A DNA stretch of 27,730 nucleotides from a virus. Lineage: Duplodnaviria; Caudoviricetes. The stretch lies in IMG/VR virus record IMGVR_UViG_3300027733_000173, positions 1-27,730 of that record. One strand, 5' to 3'. Positions 7,456 to 15,612 of the stretch are shown piece by piece; position 1 is the first letter of the stretch, and every line of letters starts with the position of its first letter. Under the pieces are notes generated by a model. That model was not told where the DNA came from. It saw only the letters and a list, made by a program, of their open reading frames with translations, and did not search any database. The translations under genes were made by a program, and so were the position numbers.

Positions 7456-7485
7456 TTGTTTTTAAATATTTAAAAGTTATCTTTG
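7456..7485 (+). promoter_or_regulatory. Bacteroidota-type promoter for the ssb-terminase operon
   Basis: TTG at 7456-7458, 19-nt spacer, TATCTTTG at 7478-7485. Confidence 0.7.
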
Positions 7486-7509
7486 TGATATAATTAAAAA
7501 GATAGAATT

Positions 7510-7890
7510 ATGAGTTATTCAATGAAAGGAAAAGTTAAGGTAGTAGGATCTACTTTGCAGATTAGTGAGAAGTTCTCTAAGAGAGAGTTTGTAGTTGTTG
7601 ATGATACTAATATGTATCCACAAGACATCATGTTTCAGTTAACGCAAGATAAGTGTAGCCTTATTGATAGTTTGGTTATTGGTGATGAAGTAGAGGTTAG
7701 TTTCAATCTTAATGGTAGAGAATGGGTTAATCCTGAAGGCGAGAGTAAGTTCTTTAATACACTAGATGTATGGAAGATCAGTAAGATTGGTAGTAATGCT
7801 GTAAAGAATGCACAAGGACAAGGTTTTGAACCTAAGAAAAGTGTTATGCCAATTGCAGAAGAAGTTGAGAGTTCAGATTTACCGTTCTGA
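7510..7890 (+). CDS. DUF3127-like single-stranded DNA-binding protein
   Basis: FSKREFVV, YPQDIMFQLTQDK, VSFNLNGREW and FNTLDVWKI motifs; acidic C-terminal DLPF tail. Confidence 0.85.
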   Translation: MSYSMKGKVKVVGSTLQISEKFSKREFVVVDDTNMYPQDIMFQLTQDKCSLIDSLVIGDEVEVSFNLNGREWVNPEGESKFFNTLDVWKISKIGSNAVKNAQGQGFEPKKSVMPIAEEVESSDLPF

Positions 7891-7903
7891 TAATATATTG
7901 ATT

Positions 7904-8125
7904 ATGAGTAAGTTAAGTAAAGGTTTGAAATTATTTATCGGTGTCTTATTGATGCCGATAATGTTTTCTGTATTTATTGCAGATAGATTAGTGATAGTTC
8001 CATTTGTTTGGATAAAGGCTGAATCACTTATGCAATGGTTAAGAAACAATAGTGCTATAGTAGAAAGTTTAATCAGAGTAGTGTTTGCTTCGGTTGTGTT
8101 ATTAATCTGTAAATGGATATTCTAG
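7904..8125 (+). CDS. Small membrane protein
   Basis: ORF track 7808..8125; likely start 7904 (MSKLSKG); two hydrophobic segments. Confidence 0.65.
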   Translation: MSKLSKGLKLFIGVLLMPIMFSVFIADRLVIVPFVWIKAESLMQWLRNNSAIVESLIRVVFASVVLLICKWIF

Positions 8126-8202
8126 TGAAATACTCTAAACGTGAACTATTCTCTATTAGATGGGATTTTCGTGAGAATAGAAAAGGCAAGGTGGTACGAT
8201 GA
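8125..8202 (+). CDS. 25-aa basic micro-ORF (GTG start)
   Basis: MKYSKRELFSIRWDFRENRKGKVVR; overlaps the previous TAG and ends in an ATGA overlap. Confidence 0.4.
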   Translation: MKYSKRELFSIRWDFRENRKGKVVR

Positions 8203-8423
8203 AAAAGCTAAAAAACTACGCAATGAGTTATCTTAGAAGTCAAAAAAGACAATTAAAGCGTGATTTTAAAGACCCAAAGAAACGCACTAAGATTGTTGAA
8301 ATACATAACACTAAAGTTCGTAAACAACAAAAGAAAGACAAGAGGTTCGAGGTTATCGTGACCTCTTGCTTCATGTTGGTGCTAATCGTAGTAATTGCAT
8401 TGAAGCTATGGAAGGTGATTTAA
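8199..8423 (+). CDS. Basic protein with a C-terminal transmembrane helix
   Basis: K/R-rich N-terminus, then VIVTSCFMLVLIVVIAL. Confidence 0.65.
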   Translation: MKKLKNYAMSYLRSQKRQLKRDFKDPKKRTKIVEIHNTKVRKQQKKDKRFEVIVTSCFMLVLIVVIALKLWKVI

Positions 8424-8680
8424 GTTTTGGTAGTTTTTCACTAGATGAATTGAACTTAGATATTCAATTAGATGCTTTAAACTTTGATTCATTCGATAAT
8501 ATGTTTGAACCACAAGAAGCACCTACAGAACAGCGTTCACACTTCATAGTAATATGCACTACAGAAGAACAAGATGAGTTGATTCGTGAAAAGTTTAACC
8601 TTGGATTGAAGACTAAATCTGGCAGAGGTAAATACGAAACGAATATTATTCAAGCAGAACAATTAATTGATTTATTCTAA
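8408..8680 (+). CDS. Acidic hypothetical protein upstream of terS
   Basis: ORF track 8366..8680; likely ATG at 8408 (MEGDLSF); TAATG coupling to terS. Confidence 0.65.
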   Translation: MEGDLSFGSFSLDELNLDIQLDALNFDSFDNMFEPQEAPTEQRSHFIVICTTEEQDELIREKFNLGLKTKSGRGKYETNIIQAEQLIDLF

Positions 8681-9372
8681 TGGAACAAAACGAAGAATCT
8701 GAACCTAAAAAACCTAAGGTTACAAGACCAAGAAAGAAAAAAGTAGAGCCAAGAGGTGTAAAAGCTGGAACTAAGCGAGGTAAATATATTATAAAACCTA
8801 AAAAACGAGGTGATGAAGGGCTTTCTTTCATTGAAAAAGTACAATTTAGGAACAAATACAGTGAAAAAGAGGTAAAAGAAGCACTTTATCCACTAAGAGT
8901 ACCTAAACCAGACGATGTAACTAAAAAAGATGAGCCTATAGAAGTTGAACAAACCGATGTACCTAAAAAAAACCTTGTTGGTAGACCTAAAGGTAGATTA
9001 AATAGAAGTACAGTTGTTCGTGCCATTTTAGAAGCTACACGATGGGGGAAAGACCCTATTACTGGTATTGAGTCATATATTCCTATAGAATATCAAATGA
9101 CACTAGCTATTTTACAGAAAGCACTTAAAGGCGATGTAAATGCCTATAAAGCATTAATGGATAATGCGTATAAACCTCACGCACAAGAAGTTGAAAGTAA
9201 AAACGTAACAGTTGATATTAGTAACTTTTCAGAAGAAGATATTAAAGCACTATTAAATGACGATGACGATGACGAACCAGACTACTTTAGAGAACAAGAA
9301 CTTGCTCTCGGAGAACGAACAGAAGATAGCGACGAAGGAAGAAGCGAGGAAAGCACTGGAATACCATCTTAG
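8680..9372 (+). CDS. terS: Terminase small subunit (putative)
   Basis: GRPKGRLNRST and KALKGDVNAYKALMD motifs; directly upstream of terL. Confidence 0.75.
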   Translation: MEQNEESEPKKPKVTRPRKKKVEPRGVKAGTKRGKYIIKPKKRGDEGLSFIEKVQFRNKYSEKEVKEALYPLRVPKPDDVTKKDEPIEVEQTDVPKKNLVGRPKGRLNRSTVVRAILEATRWGKDPITGIESYIPIEYQMTLAILQKALKGDVNAYKALMDNAYKPHAQEVESKNVTVDISNFSEEDIKALLNDDDDDEPDYFREQELALGERTEDSDEGRSEESTGIPS

Positions 9373-10693
9373 AGCCAAGTTAGGTAAAGATGACTTTTGG
9401 GAGTTTTGTAAATTCTATGATAAAGACTTTTTTCTTAAACGTAAATTCTTGCAACGTGTCGCTAGAGCCTTTCAAAGAATCGAGGAAGGTAAGATTAACT
9501 CTTTATCAGTATCAGTACCACCAAGGGGAGGAAAATCATATATAACAACTTTGTTTTGTGCTTGGACTTTAGGTAGGAATCCTTCTGAATCTGTAATGCG
9601 TAATACTTGTACCGGAACTCTATATCAAAAGTTCTCTTACGATGTACGTCAAGTGTTAAAATCAGAAAAGTTTAATTCTGTATTTCCAGAAGTAAGTATA
9701 TCCAATGATAAAGCAAACCTTAATGGTTGGAATACTAATCAATCTCGTCAAGTAGGTTACTTTGGTGCTGGTGTAGGTGGAACAATTATCGGTTTTGGTG
9801 CTACAAAACTTGCTATTACCGATGACTTGTATCGTGGTATTGAGGATGCGTTGTCCGATGTTACCAATGATAGGGTTTTACAATGGAAAGAAGGTACTCA
9901 CGACTCACGTCTTGAACGAACGTGTGCTAAGATTGATATTGGTACAAGATGGTCGACAAACGATGTTATAGGCAAGAATTTCCAAGAAGGTAGTTATGAT
10001 GAATCGATAGTTATTCCTGCCTTAGATGCGAATGAAGAGACTTTTTGTGCTGATGTAATGTCTACAGACCAATATAAGATGATCCGTAAGAAAATCAATC
10101 CAGATATTTGGAGTGCAGAATATATGCAAGAACCAGTCGATTTAAAAGGACGTTTGTTCTCTAATCTACGAACTATTAGTGAAGCAGACTTTAACCTCAT
10201 CAAAGGTAGAAGTGCGGGAAGTATTGCTTACGTCGATGTATCAGACCAAGGTGCAGATTATACAGCTATGGCACTAGCAGTAATTATTGATGGTACAATT
10301 TATATTGCAGATTATTGTTTTAACAAAAATAATACCGATGTAACCATTCCTTTAATTGCAGAAAAGTTAAATAGATACCGAACGTCTTATTGTAGGGTAG
10401 AAAGTAACGCAATGGGGGCGGTTTTTGCTAGAACACTTCAAAAACAAACTAGAACCAAGATTTTACAAGTGCATAACACACAAAATAAAATGACTAGAAT
10501 AATTATGCAATCTGCAAGTATAAATAATGCCTTTGTCTTTGTAAAATATGAGAATAACAACGATTATCACCAGTTTATGACAAACCTACTATCTTTTAGT
10601 AAGGAAGGTAAAATGAAAAATGATGATGCTCCAGATTGCTTGGCTGGATTGTCAATGTTAATTAAATCTTTATTTAAAAGGTTGGATATATAA
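9257..10693 (+). CDS. terL: Terminase large subunit
   Basis: Walker A VPPRGGKS, Walker B AITDD, GTRW, YMQEP, and nuclease motifs YVDVS, ESN and DDAPD. The start may be 9257, 9263 or 9269. Confidence 0.95.
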   Translation: MTMTMTNQTTLENKNLLSENEQKIATKEEARKALEYHLRAKLGKDDFWEFCKFYDKDFFLKRKFLQRVARAFQRIEEGKINSLSVSVPPRGGKSYITTLFCAWTLGRNPSESVMRNTCTGTLYQKFSYDVRQVLKSEKFNSVFPEVSISNDKANLNGWNTNQSRQVGYFGAGVGGTIIGFGATKLAITDDLYRGIEDALSDVTNDRVLQWKEGTHDSRLERTCAKIDIGTRWSTNDVIGKNFQEGSYDESIVIPALDANEETFCADVMSTDQYKMIRKKINPDIWSAEYMQEPVDLKGRLFSNLRTISEADFNLIKGRSAGSIAYVDVSDQGADYTAMALAVIIDGTIYIADYCFNKNNTDVTIPLIAEKLNRYRTSYCRVESNAMGAVFARTLQKQTRTKILQVHNTQNKMTRIIMQSASINNAFVFVKYENNNDYHQFMTNLLSFSKEGKMKNDDAPDCLAGLSMLIKSLFKRLDI

Positions 10694-10771
10694 AAAAAGA
10701 GTATATTTACACAGTTATTAGTGCTTTTCTTTCTTTTCTTTCGGTGCTAACTACTTTTGATTCTTTCTTTC

Positions 10772-10808
10772 AGCCCTCTCGCTATTTATTTGGATTGAGG
10801 GCTTTTTT
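10772..10808 (+). terminator. Plus-strand intrinsic terminator
   Basis: AGCCCTC...GAGGGCT followed by a T tract. Confidence 0.7.
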
Positions 10809-10815
10809 AATGCAC

Positions 10816-10845
10816 AAAAAAAGACCCGATTATTAGTCGAGTCTT
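10816..10845 (-). terminator. Minus-strand terminator for the portal gene
   Basis: On the minus strand: AAGACTCGACT-aat-AATCGGGTCTT-TTTTT. Confidence 0.75.
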
Positions 10846-10867
10846 AAAAATAAAGGTAGTATGATAC

Positions 10868-12097
10868 CTATTTAATTCCTTTTTTCAATCCAAGGAATAT
10901 CTTTTTTTCATCATCAGTTAAAGTAATTCCTATTTCATTTTCTATTTTGATTAAAGCAGATGCTCTGTAATCTATAGATTGACTTTCTTGAAGTATATCA
11001 TTCTGTAGAACTGGTAAATGAGTATAATCAGCAACTAATCTCAATCCTTCTTTATCTAATCCTAATTGTTCAGTAATATTATTATAAATTCTTTCAGCTT
11101 CTGGAATGATAGTAGAAGTATAACATAATCTCTCACCATAATTCACGTTAGAGTAAGTCGAACCACTTTCGTTAGAGAAAATATAGTAGTTAAGACCAAA
11201 AGCATCTATAATAGCAAGTTTATCAGCTTTAAGTTCATCAAACAACATTAAATCCTTTGTAGGATAAGACATTGGAGTCCATTTAACATCGTTTTCAGAA
11301 ATAATGATCTCATCTTTAGAACGATTGTACCAATCTTTACGTATTTGTTCTTTTTCTTCTGGACTCATTGGTAAAGCACCACCTAAATCAGAGTTTGAAG
11401 CAGATAATATACCAATAGCGCCAATATTCTCTAAAAGTATGTTACGTTTGTTATATTGAGCCTTAATATTAGATAATGGGTACTTTAAAGATTCAATTCT
11501 TGATATAGAATCTAAAATATTCACACCATCCGTAGTTTGAATGATAACAACTTCTTCATTTAGCAATGTTTCTGGTTTATCACCTTCATAGTTATAAGTA
11601 TAATCTTTTATAAGACCACCTTTATCCATTTGTTTAAGAGTACGACCAGAAGTGTTAATTTGAACCTTATGTCTAGCAAGCGGAACAAATAAATTAACTA
11701 TTCCAAAACTTCTTCGTGGTGCATAACATAAAGCAGTTGAAAATAAACTGTCGTTAACGGATATAGAATACATTACGTCTTGCCAAGTTTGCATTGGATT
11801 AGGATTCTTAATTAAATCAAGTACCCAATGTTTTTCTACTTCCGTACCATCCTCTTTTACAAGCCTTGGACGACCTTGCGAAAGCATTTGAGCCTTTTTA
11901 TCAATTACAGTTCTAAGTTCTGGTATTTCAACATACGCTTGAAATGGTTTTTCGGTATTCATCCAGATTGGAACTTTCTTGCCATAGAAGTCATGTTGAT
12001 ATGCTCTATTTGTATCTAATAGGGTATTTATTTCCCTAAGTTGATTATTATTTATAGGTGTTCCGAAAAAAGCGTTCCAAAAAGAAGGGTTACTCAT
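10868..12097 (-). CDS. Portal protein (HK97-like family)
   Basis: LIKNPNPMQT, SRIESLKYPLSNI, ENIGAIGILS, IIDAFGL and STYSNV motifs; likely start ATG at 12097 (MSNPSFW). Confidence 0.9.
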   Translation of the reverse strand: MSNPSFWNAFFGTPINNNQLREINTLLDTNRAYQHDFYGKKVPIWMNTEKPFQAYVEIPELRTVIDKKAQMLSQGRPRLVKEDGTEVEKHWVLDLIKNPNPMQTWQDVMYSISVNDSLFSTALCYAPRRSFGIVNLFVPLARHKVQINTSGRTLKQMDKGGLIKDYTYNYEGDKPETLLNEEVVIIQTTDGVNILDSISRIESLKYPLSNIKAQYNKRNILLENIGAIGILSASNSDLGGALPMSPEEKEQIRKDWYNRSKDEIIISENDVKWTPMSYPTKDLMLFDELKADKLAIIDAFGLNYYIFSNESGSTYSNVNYGERLCYTSTIIPEAERIYNNITEQLGLDKEGLRLVADYTHLPVLQNDILQESQSIDYRASALIKIENEIGITLTDDEKKIFLGLKKGIK

Positions 12098-12108
12098 AAT
12101 AATTTTTT

Positions 12109-12129
12109 TACATTTGTACAACAAATTTA
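12109..12129. promoter_or_regulatory. Interlocked bidirectional -7 promoter boxes
   Basis: TACATTTG (+, 12109-12116) and TAAATTTG (-, 12129-12122), 5 bp apart, within a 39-bp divergent gap. Confidence 0.7.
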
Positions 12130-12136
12130 AGTAAAT

Positions 12137-12901
12137 ATGAATAATAAACTTAATTCTACCTATAAAATTAAATCACATTCTTTAGAAATTAAGGATGTTG
12201 ATGCAAAATCACGTAAGGTATCGATGTATTTAGCGCATTTTGGAAATATTGACTCCGACCAAGATATGATTGTAAAAGGTGCTTTTTCTAAATCTTTACA
12301 AGAAAGAGGTTGTGATTCTTCTTCAAATAGAAAAATTGCATTCCTAAGACACCATGACTGGAAAATGCAAATAGGAAAGTTCGTTGAACTTAAAGAAGAT
12401 GAAAACGGATTATATGCTGTAGGTGAACTTGGAAGTTCTACTTTAGGTAATGATGCTTTATGCGATTATCAAGATGGAATTATACGTGAGCATTCTATTG
12501 GCTTTAAATATCTAGCAGATAAAATTAAGTGGATTGAAGACAAAACCAAAGATGGTGGTGGATATTACTTAGTTTCAGAGGTAGCACTTTGGGAAGGTTC
12601 AGCGGTAACATTTGGAGCTAACGAAATGACTCCAGTATTAGAAGTTGGTAAATCAGAGGAAAAATCTAAGATTATCACTACTATTACAAAAGAAATGGAT
12701 ACTATAATTAAGGCTTTAGGAAATGGAAGTCGTACAGATGATAGTTTATATTCACTTGAAATGAGACACAAGTTTTTAACTGCACAACTTTCTGAAATTG
12801 CAAGCATGAATATCGAAGCAATGGACGTTAAAAAAATAATTGAACCTACAGAAGAAGAAAAATCTTTTGATTGGAGTAAAGTTGTAACTAATATTAAATA
12901 A
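12137..12901 (+). CDS. HK97-family prohead protease
   Basis: FGNIDSDQDMIVKGAFSKS, LRHHD, EDENGL, EHSIGF and LWEGSAVTFGAN motifs. Confidence 0.92.
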   Translation: MNNKLNSTYKIKSHSLEIKDVDAKSRKVSMYLAHFGNIDSDQDMIVKGAFSKSLQERGCDSSSNRKIAFLRHHDWKMQIGKFVELKEDENGLYAVGELGSSTLGNDALCDYQDGIIREHSIGFKYLADKIKWIEDKTKDGGGYYLVSEVALWEGSAVTFGANEMTPVLEVGKSEEKSKIITTITKEMDTIIKALGNGSRTDDSLYSLEMRHKFLTAQLSEIASMNIEAMDVKKIIEPTEEEKSFDWSKVVTNIK

Positions 12902-12903
12902 TC

Positions 12904-13095
12904 ATGGAAAAAGTAAAACGCACTACTAAAGAAGCTAAAGTTGTTTTAAACGAAAAGTTTGAAAACCACGAATTAGTAAAGTTTTCATTTAATAATAAAG
13001 CACCATATCATCATGAAGGCGTGATTGAAGTTATTTCTGGTGAACACGCAAATATTTTTTTAGATCAAGGTTATGGGGTTGTTTGTAACGATTAA
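12904..13095 (+). CDS. Small head-associated hypothetical protein
   Basis: 63 aa between the protease and the adaptor-like gene. Confidence 0.6.
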   Translation: MEKVKRTTKEAKVVLNEKFENHELVKFSFNNKAPYHHEGVIEVISGEHANIFLDQGYGVVCND

Positions 13096-13573
13096 TGATT
13101 TTACTGGCAAGTTCGCACTTTCTACTGGAATGTATGCGAATACTAATATCCAATCTTATATTGATAGGTATGAAGATATATATTTAACTGAATTGTTAGG
13201 TGTAAAACTTTATAACTTGTTTATAGCAGATTTAGTTAGCAATGTTCCAGTTACAGCAAAGTACACTAAGATATTTAATGCTTTTAAGGAAGAATTAGAT
13301 ATTCGACTTATCATTTCAAAAGGAATGAAAGATATGCTCGTAGGATTCATCTATTTTGAATATATGAAGGATTCTGTTACTCAAACTACTCCTATTGGTG
13401 TCGTGAAACAGTCTACTGAAAATTCTACACCTATTTCAGCACACACACCTATATATTTACGTTATAATGAATCTGTAAAGAATTATCGTGCTATTCAAGA
13501 TTATATTATGCAGAATTTAAGTACATACCCTTTATTTAGAGGTTACACAAAACAATATGCTTATTGGCTATGA
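13073..13573 (+). CDS. Putative head-tail adaptor/connector
   Basis: IQSYIDRYEDIYLTELLGVKLY...GMKDMLVGFIYFEY pattern; size and context. Confidence 0.6.
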   Translation: MGLFVTINDFTGKFALSTGMYANTNIQSYIDRYEDIYLTELLGVKLYNLFIADLVSNVPVTAKYTKIFNAFKEELDIRLIISKGMKDMLVGFIYFEYMKDSVTQTTPIGVVKQSTENSTPISAHTPIYLRYNESVKNYRAIQDYIMQNLSTYPLFRGYTKQYAYWL

Positions 13574-14247
13574 GAGATATTAGTGTTTTATTTGAGGAGA
13601 TTGTAAATAAGATTGACACTTCTATTGAAGTTAGTTCTTATTCTAATAAAAGATTTTATACTTGTAACACTAAATGGATTCGTGCAGGTAAAATTATTTT
13701 TGGTAAAACAGCAGGAAATACAGACGCTACTTCTGTTGTTACCTTAGTAGTAAAGGACACGTACTTTGAAATAGAAAGTGCTACACTCGTGAAATCGGTG
13801 CGTTGTCCGTTACCATTTGCAATTACTGGAACTAAGTTAGCTACTAATATAGAGTTTACTAAAAAAGACAATAATCTATTAAATAAAACTCCTTTAGTTT
13901 GGTTGCTTGAAAATCATAGTGAAAAACTTTATGGTATAGATTCATCAATTGAAAGAGATATGGAAATGACTGTATTATTTCTTGATGAAACAGATGTATT
14001 GAACTATTACACTAAAGACCATAGACTTCAAGTTTCCGAACCAATGATTGCTTTAGAGGAAGAATTTGAAAAAGTAATTAATAATTTTGCACTTTATAGA
14101 CGATTAATTAGTTTTAATAGAAAAGTTTTTAGTAGATTTGGTACTGAAACAGAAAATGGTATGTATAAAAACATACTTGACGCTAATTTAAGCGGTATTA
14201 TTATTACCTATTCTGTATCAAAATATAAAGATGCTTGTAAATGTTAG
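13564..14247 (+). CDS. Putative virion structural (neck/tail completion) protein
   Basis: 227 aa in the head module; C-terminal DANLSGI; assigned from context only. Confidence 0.55.
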   Translation: MAMRDISVLFEEIVNKIDTSIEVSSYSNKRFYTCNTKWIRAGKIIFGKTAGNTDATSVVTLVVKDTYFEIESATLVKSVRCPLPFAITGTKLATNIEFTKKDNNLLNKTPLVWLLENHSEKLYGIDSSIERDMEMTVLFLDETDVLNYYTKDHRLQVSEPMIALEEEFEKVINNFALYRRLISFNRKVFSRFGTETENGMYKNILDANLSGIIITYSVSKYKDACKC

Positions 14248-14345
14248 TTTGAAGCGTTAGAGCCGAGATAATCACTCTACAAAACGAAAACCCAACGTAG
14301 CGTAGAATGAATTATTGTAAACTTTAACCTAAAAACAAACAAAAA

Positions 14346-15557
14346 ATGGAAATGACTCCAGAACAAGTAATTGAGAAAGTAAACTCAATTGTCGCTGAAA
14401 AAACAGCAAATTCCGTTTCTAAAACAGACTTAGAAGCGTTGAAAAATCAATTAACAGACTTAGAAGGTAAATCTGACAACTCCGAAGTTAAATCTGCAAT
14501 TGCAAAATTGGAAGGTTTAGTAGAAGGAATGAAAGAAGAAAAAACTTCAAAAAATGTTAGTTTGAAATCTATCGGACAAGCTATCGCTGATGCTTACTCT
14601 GACTCTATCGACCAAATCAAGGACATCGCTGAAAAAGGTGGTTTAATGAACCTTGACATCAAAGCAGTAGGTACAATGTCAATCACGAACAACTACTCTG
14701 GTGGTACAGTTGCTTTATCGCAATTAGAAGCTGGTGTTACTCGTATTGCACGTAGAATGCCTTTCTTACGTTCTTTAGTTAATGCTTCTGGTACTACTTC
14801 TAAGTATATCACTTATATCCAATCTAACGGACAAGAAGGTGGTGCTGATATGACAGCAGAGGGTGCTTTGAAATCACAAGCTGACTTCAATGTAGTTGAA
14901 ACTTCTGTAGCAGTTAAGAAAGTTACAGCATGGATTAAAGTTTCTAAAGAAATGATTGCTGATTTACCATTCATGCGTAACGAAATCAACAATGAGTTGA
15001 TGGAAATCGTTGAATTGAAATTAGATTCTCAAATCCTTTCTGGTGATGGTTCTGGAGATAACTTAACTGGTATCTTACAAAATGCTGTTGCTTGGGCGGC
15101 TGGTAACTTTGCTTTAGCTTATGTTTTACCTAACGAGTTTGATGTATTATCTGTAGCAATCGCGCAAATTCAAACTGGATTATTTAATGCTAACTATATT
15201 GTTCTTCACCCAGAGGATGCAGTTAAAATGCAATTAACTAAAACAAGTACTGGTGAATACACTTACGCAATGCAATATGTTGATGCTAACGGAGTTACTA
15301 GAGTAAAAGGTATTCCAGTTATCGAAAATGTTGGTATGACTGCAGGAACTTTCTTAGTTGGTGACTTTACTAAATCTAACTTACGTATTCGTGAAGACTT
15401 GAATATCCAAGTTGGTTATGTGAATGATGACTTTACTAAAAACTTAATGACAATATTGTGTGAAGCACGTGCGGTTCATTATGTTAAGTCTAATCATTAT
15501 GGAGCATTTGTAAAAGGTACATTCTCTACTGCAAAAACTGCATTATTAAAACCATAA
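14346..15557 (+). CDS. Major capsid protein, HK97 fold, with N-terminal delta domain
   Basis: About 105-aa coiled-coil N-terminus, then AEGALK, KVSKEMIADLP, QILSGDG, VLHPED, GDF and DDFTKNL motifs. Confidence 0.95.
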   Translation: MEMTPEQVIEKVNSIVAEKTANSVSKTDLEALKNQLTDLEGKSDNSEVKSAIAKLEGLVEGMKEEKTSKNVSLKSIGQAIADAYSDSIDQIKDIAEKGGLMNLDIKAVGTMSITNNYSGGTVALSQLEAGVTRIARRMPFLRSLVNASGTTSKYITYIQSNGQEGGADMTAEGALKSQADFNVVETSVAVKKVTAWIKVSKEMIADLPFMRNEINNELMEIVELKLDSQILSGDGSGDNLTGILQNAVAWAAGNFALAYVLPNEFDVLSVAIAQIQTGLFNANYIVLHPEDAVKMQLTKTSTGEYTYAMQYVDANGVTRVKGIPVIENVGMTAGTFLVGDFTKSNLRIREDLNIQVGYVNDDFTKNLMTILCEARAVHYVKSNHYGAFVKGTFSTAKTALLKP

Positions 15558-15564
15558 TTTGAAT

Positions 15565-15590
15565 GGGGAGGGCAACTCCCCTTCTTTTCT
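15565..15590 (+). terminator. Hairpin/terminator after the capsid gene
   Basis: GGGGAG-ggcaa-CTCCCC followed by an interrupted T tract (TTCTTTTCT). Confidence 0.7.
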
Positions 15591-15612
15591 TTAATCTTTA
15601 AAATTAAAAAAT

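Noticed and set aside
7904-8423. Lysis cassette (holin/spanin)
   Set aside because: Membrane ORFs are present, but there is no endolysin nearby and no lipoprotein partner, so the call is unsupported.
10694-12136. Recombinase-driven invertible portal segment
   Set aside because: No flanking inverted repeats or invertase seen; the terminators and promoter boxes fit the present orientation.
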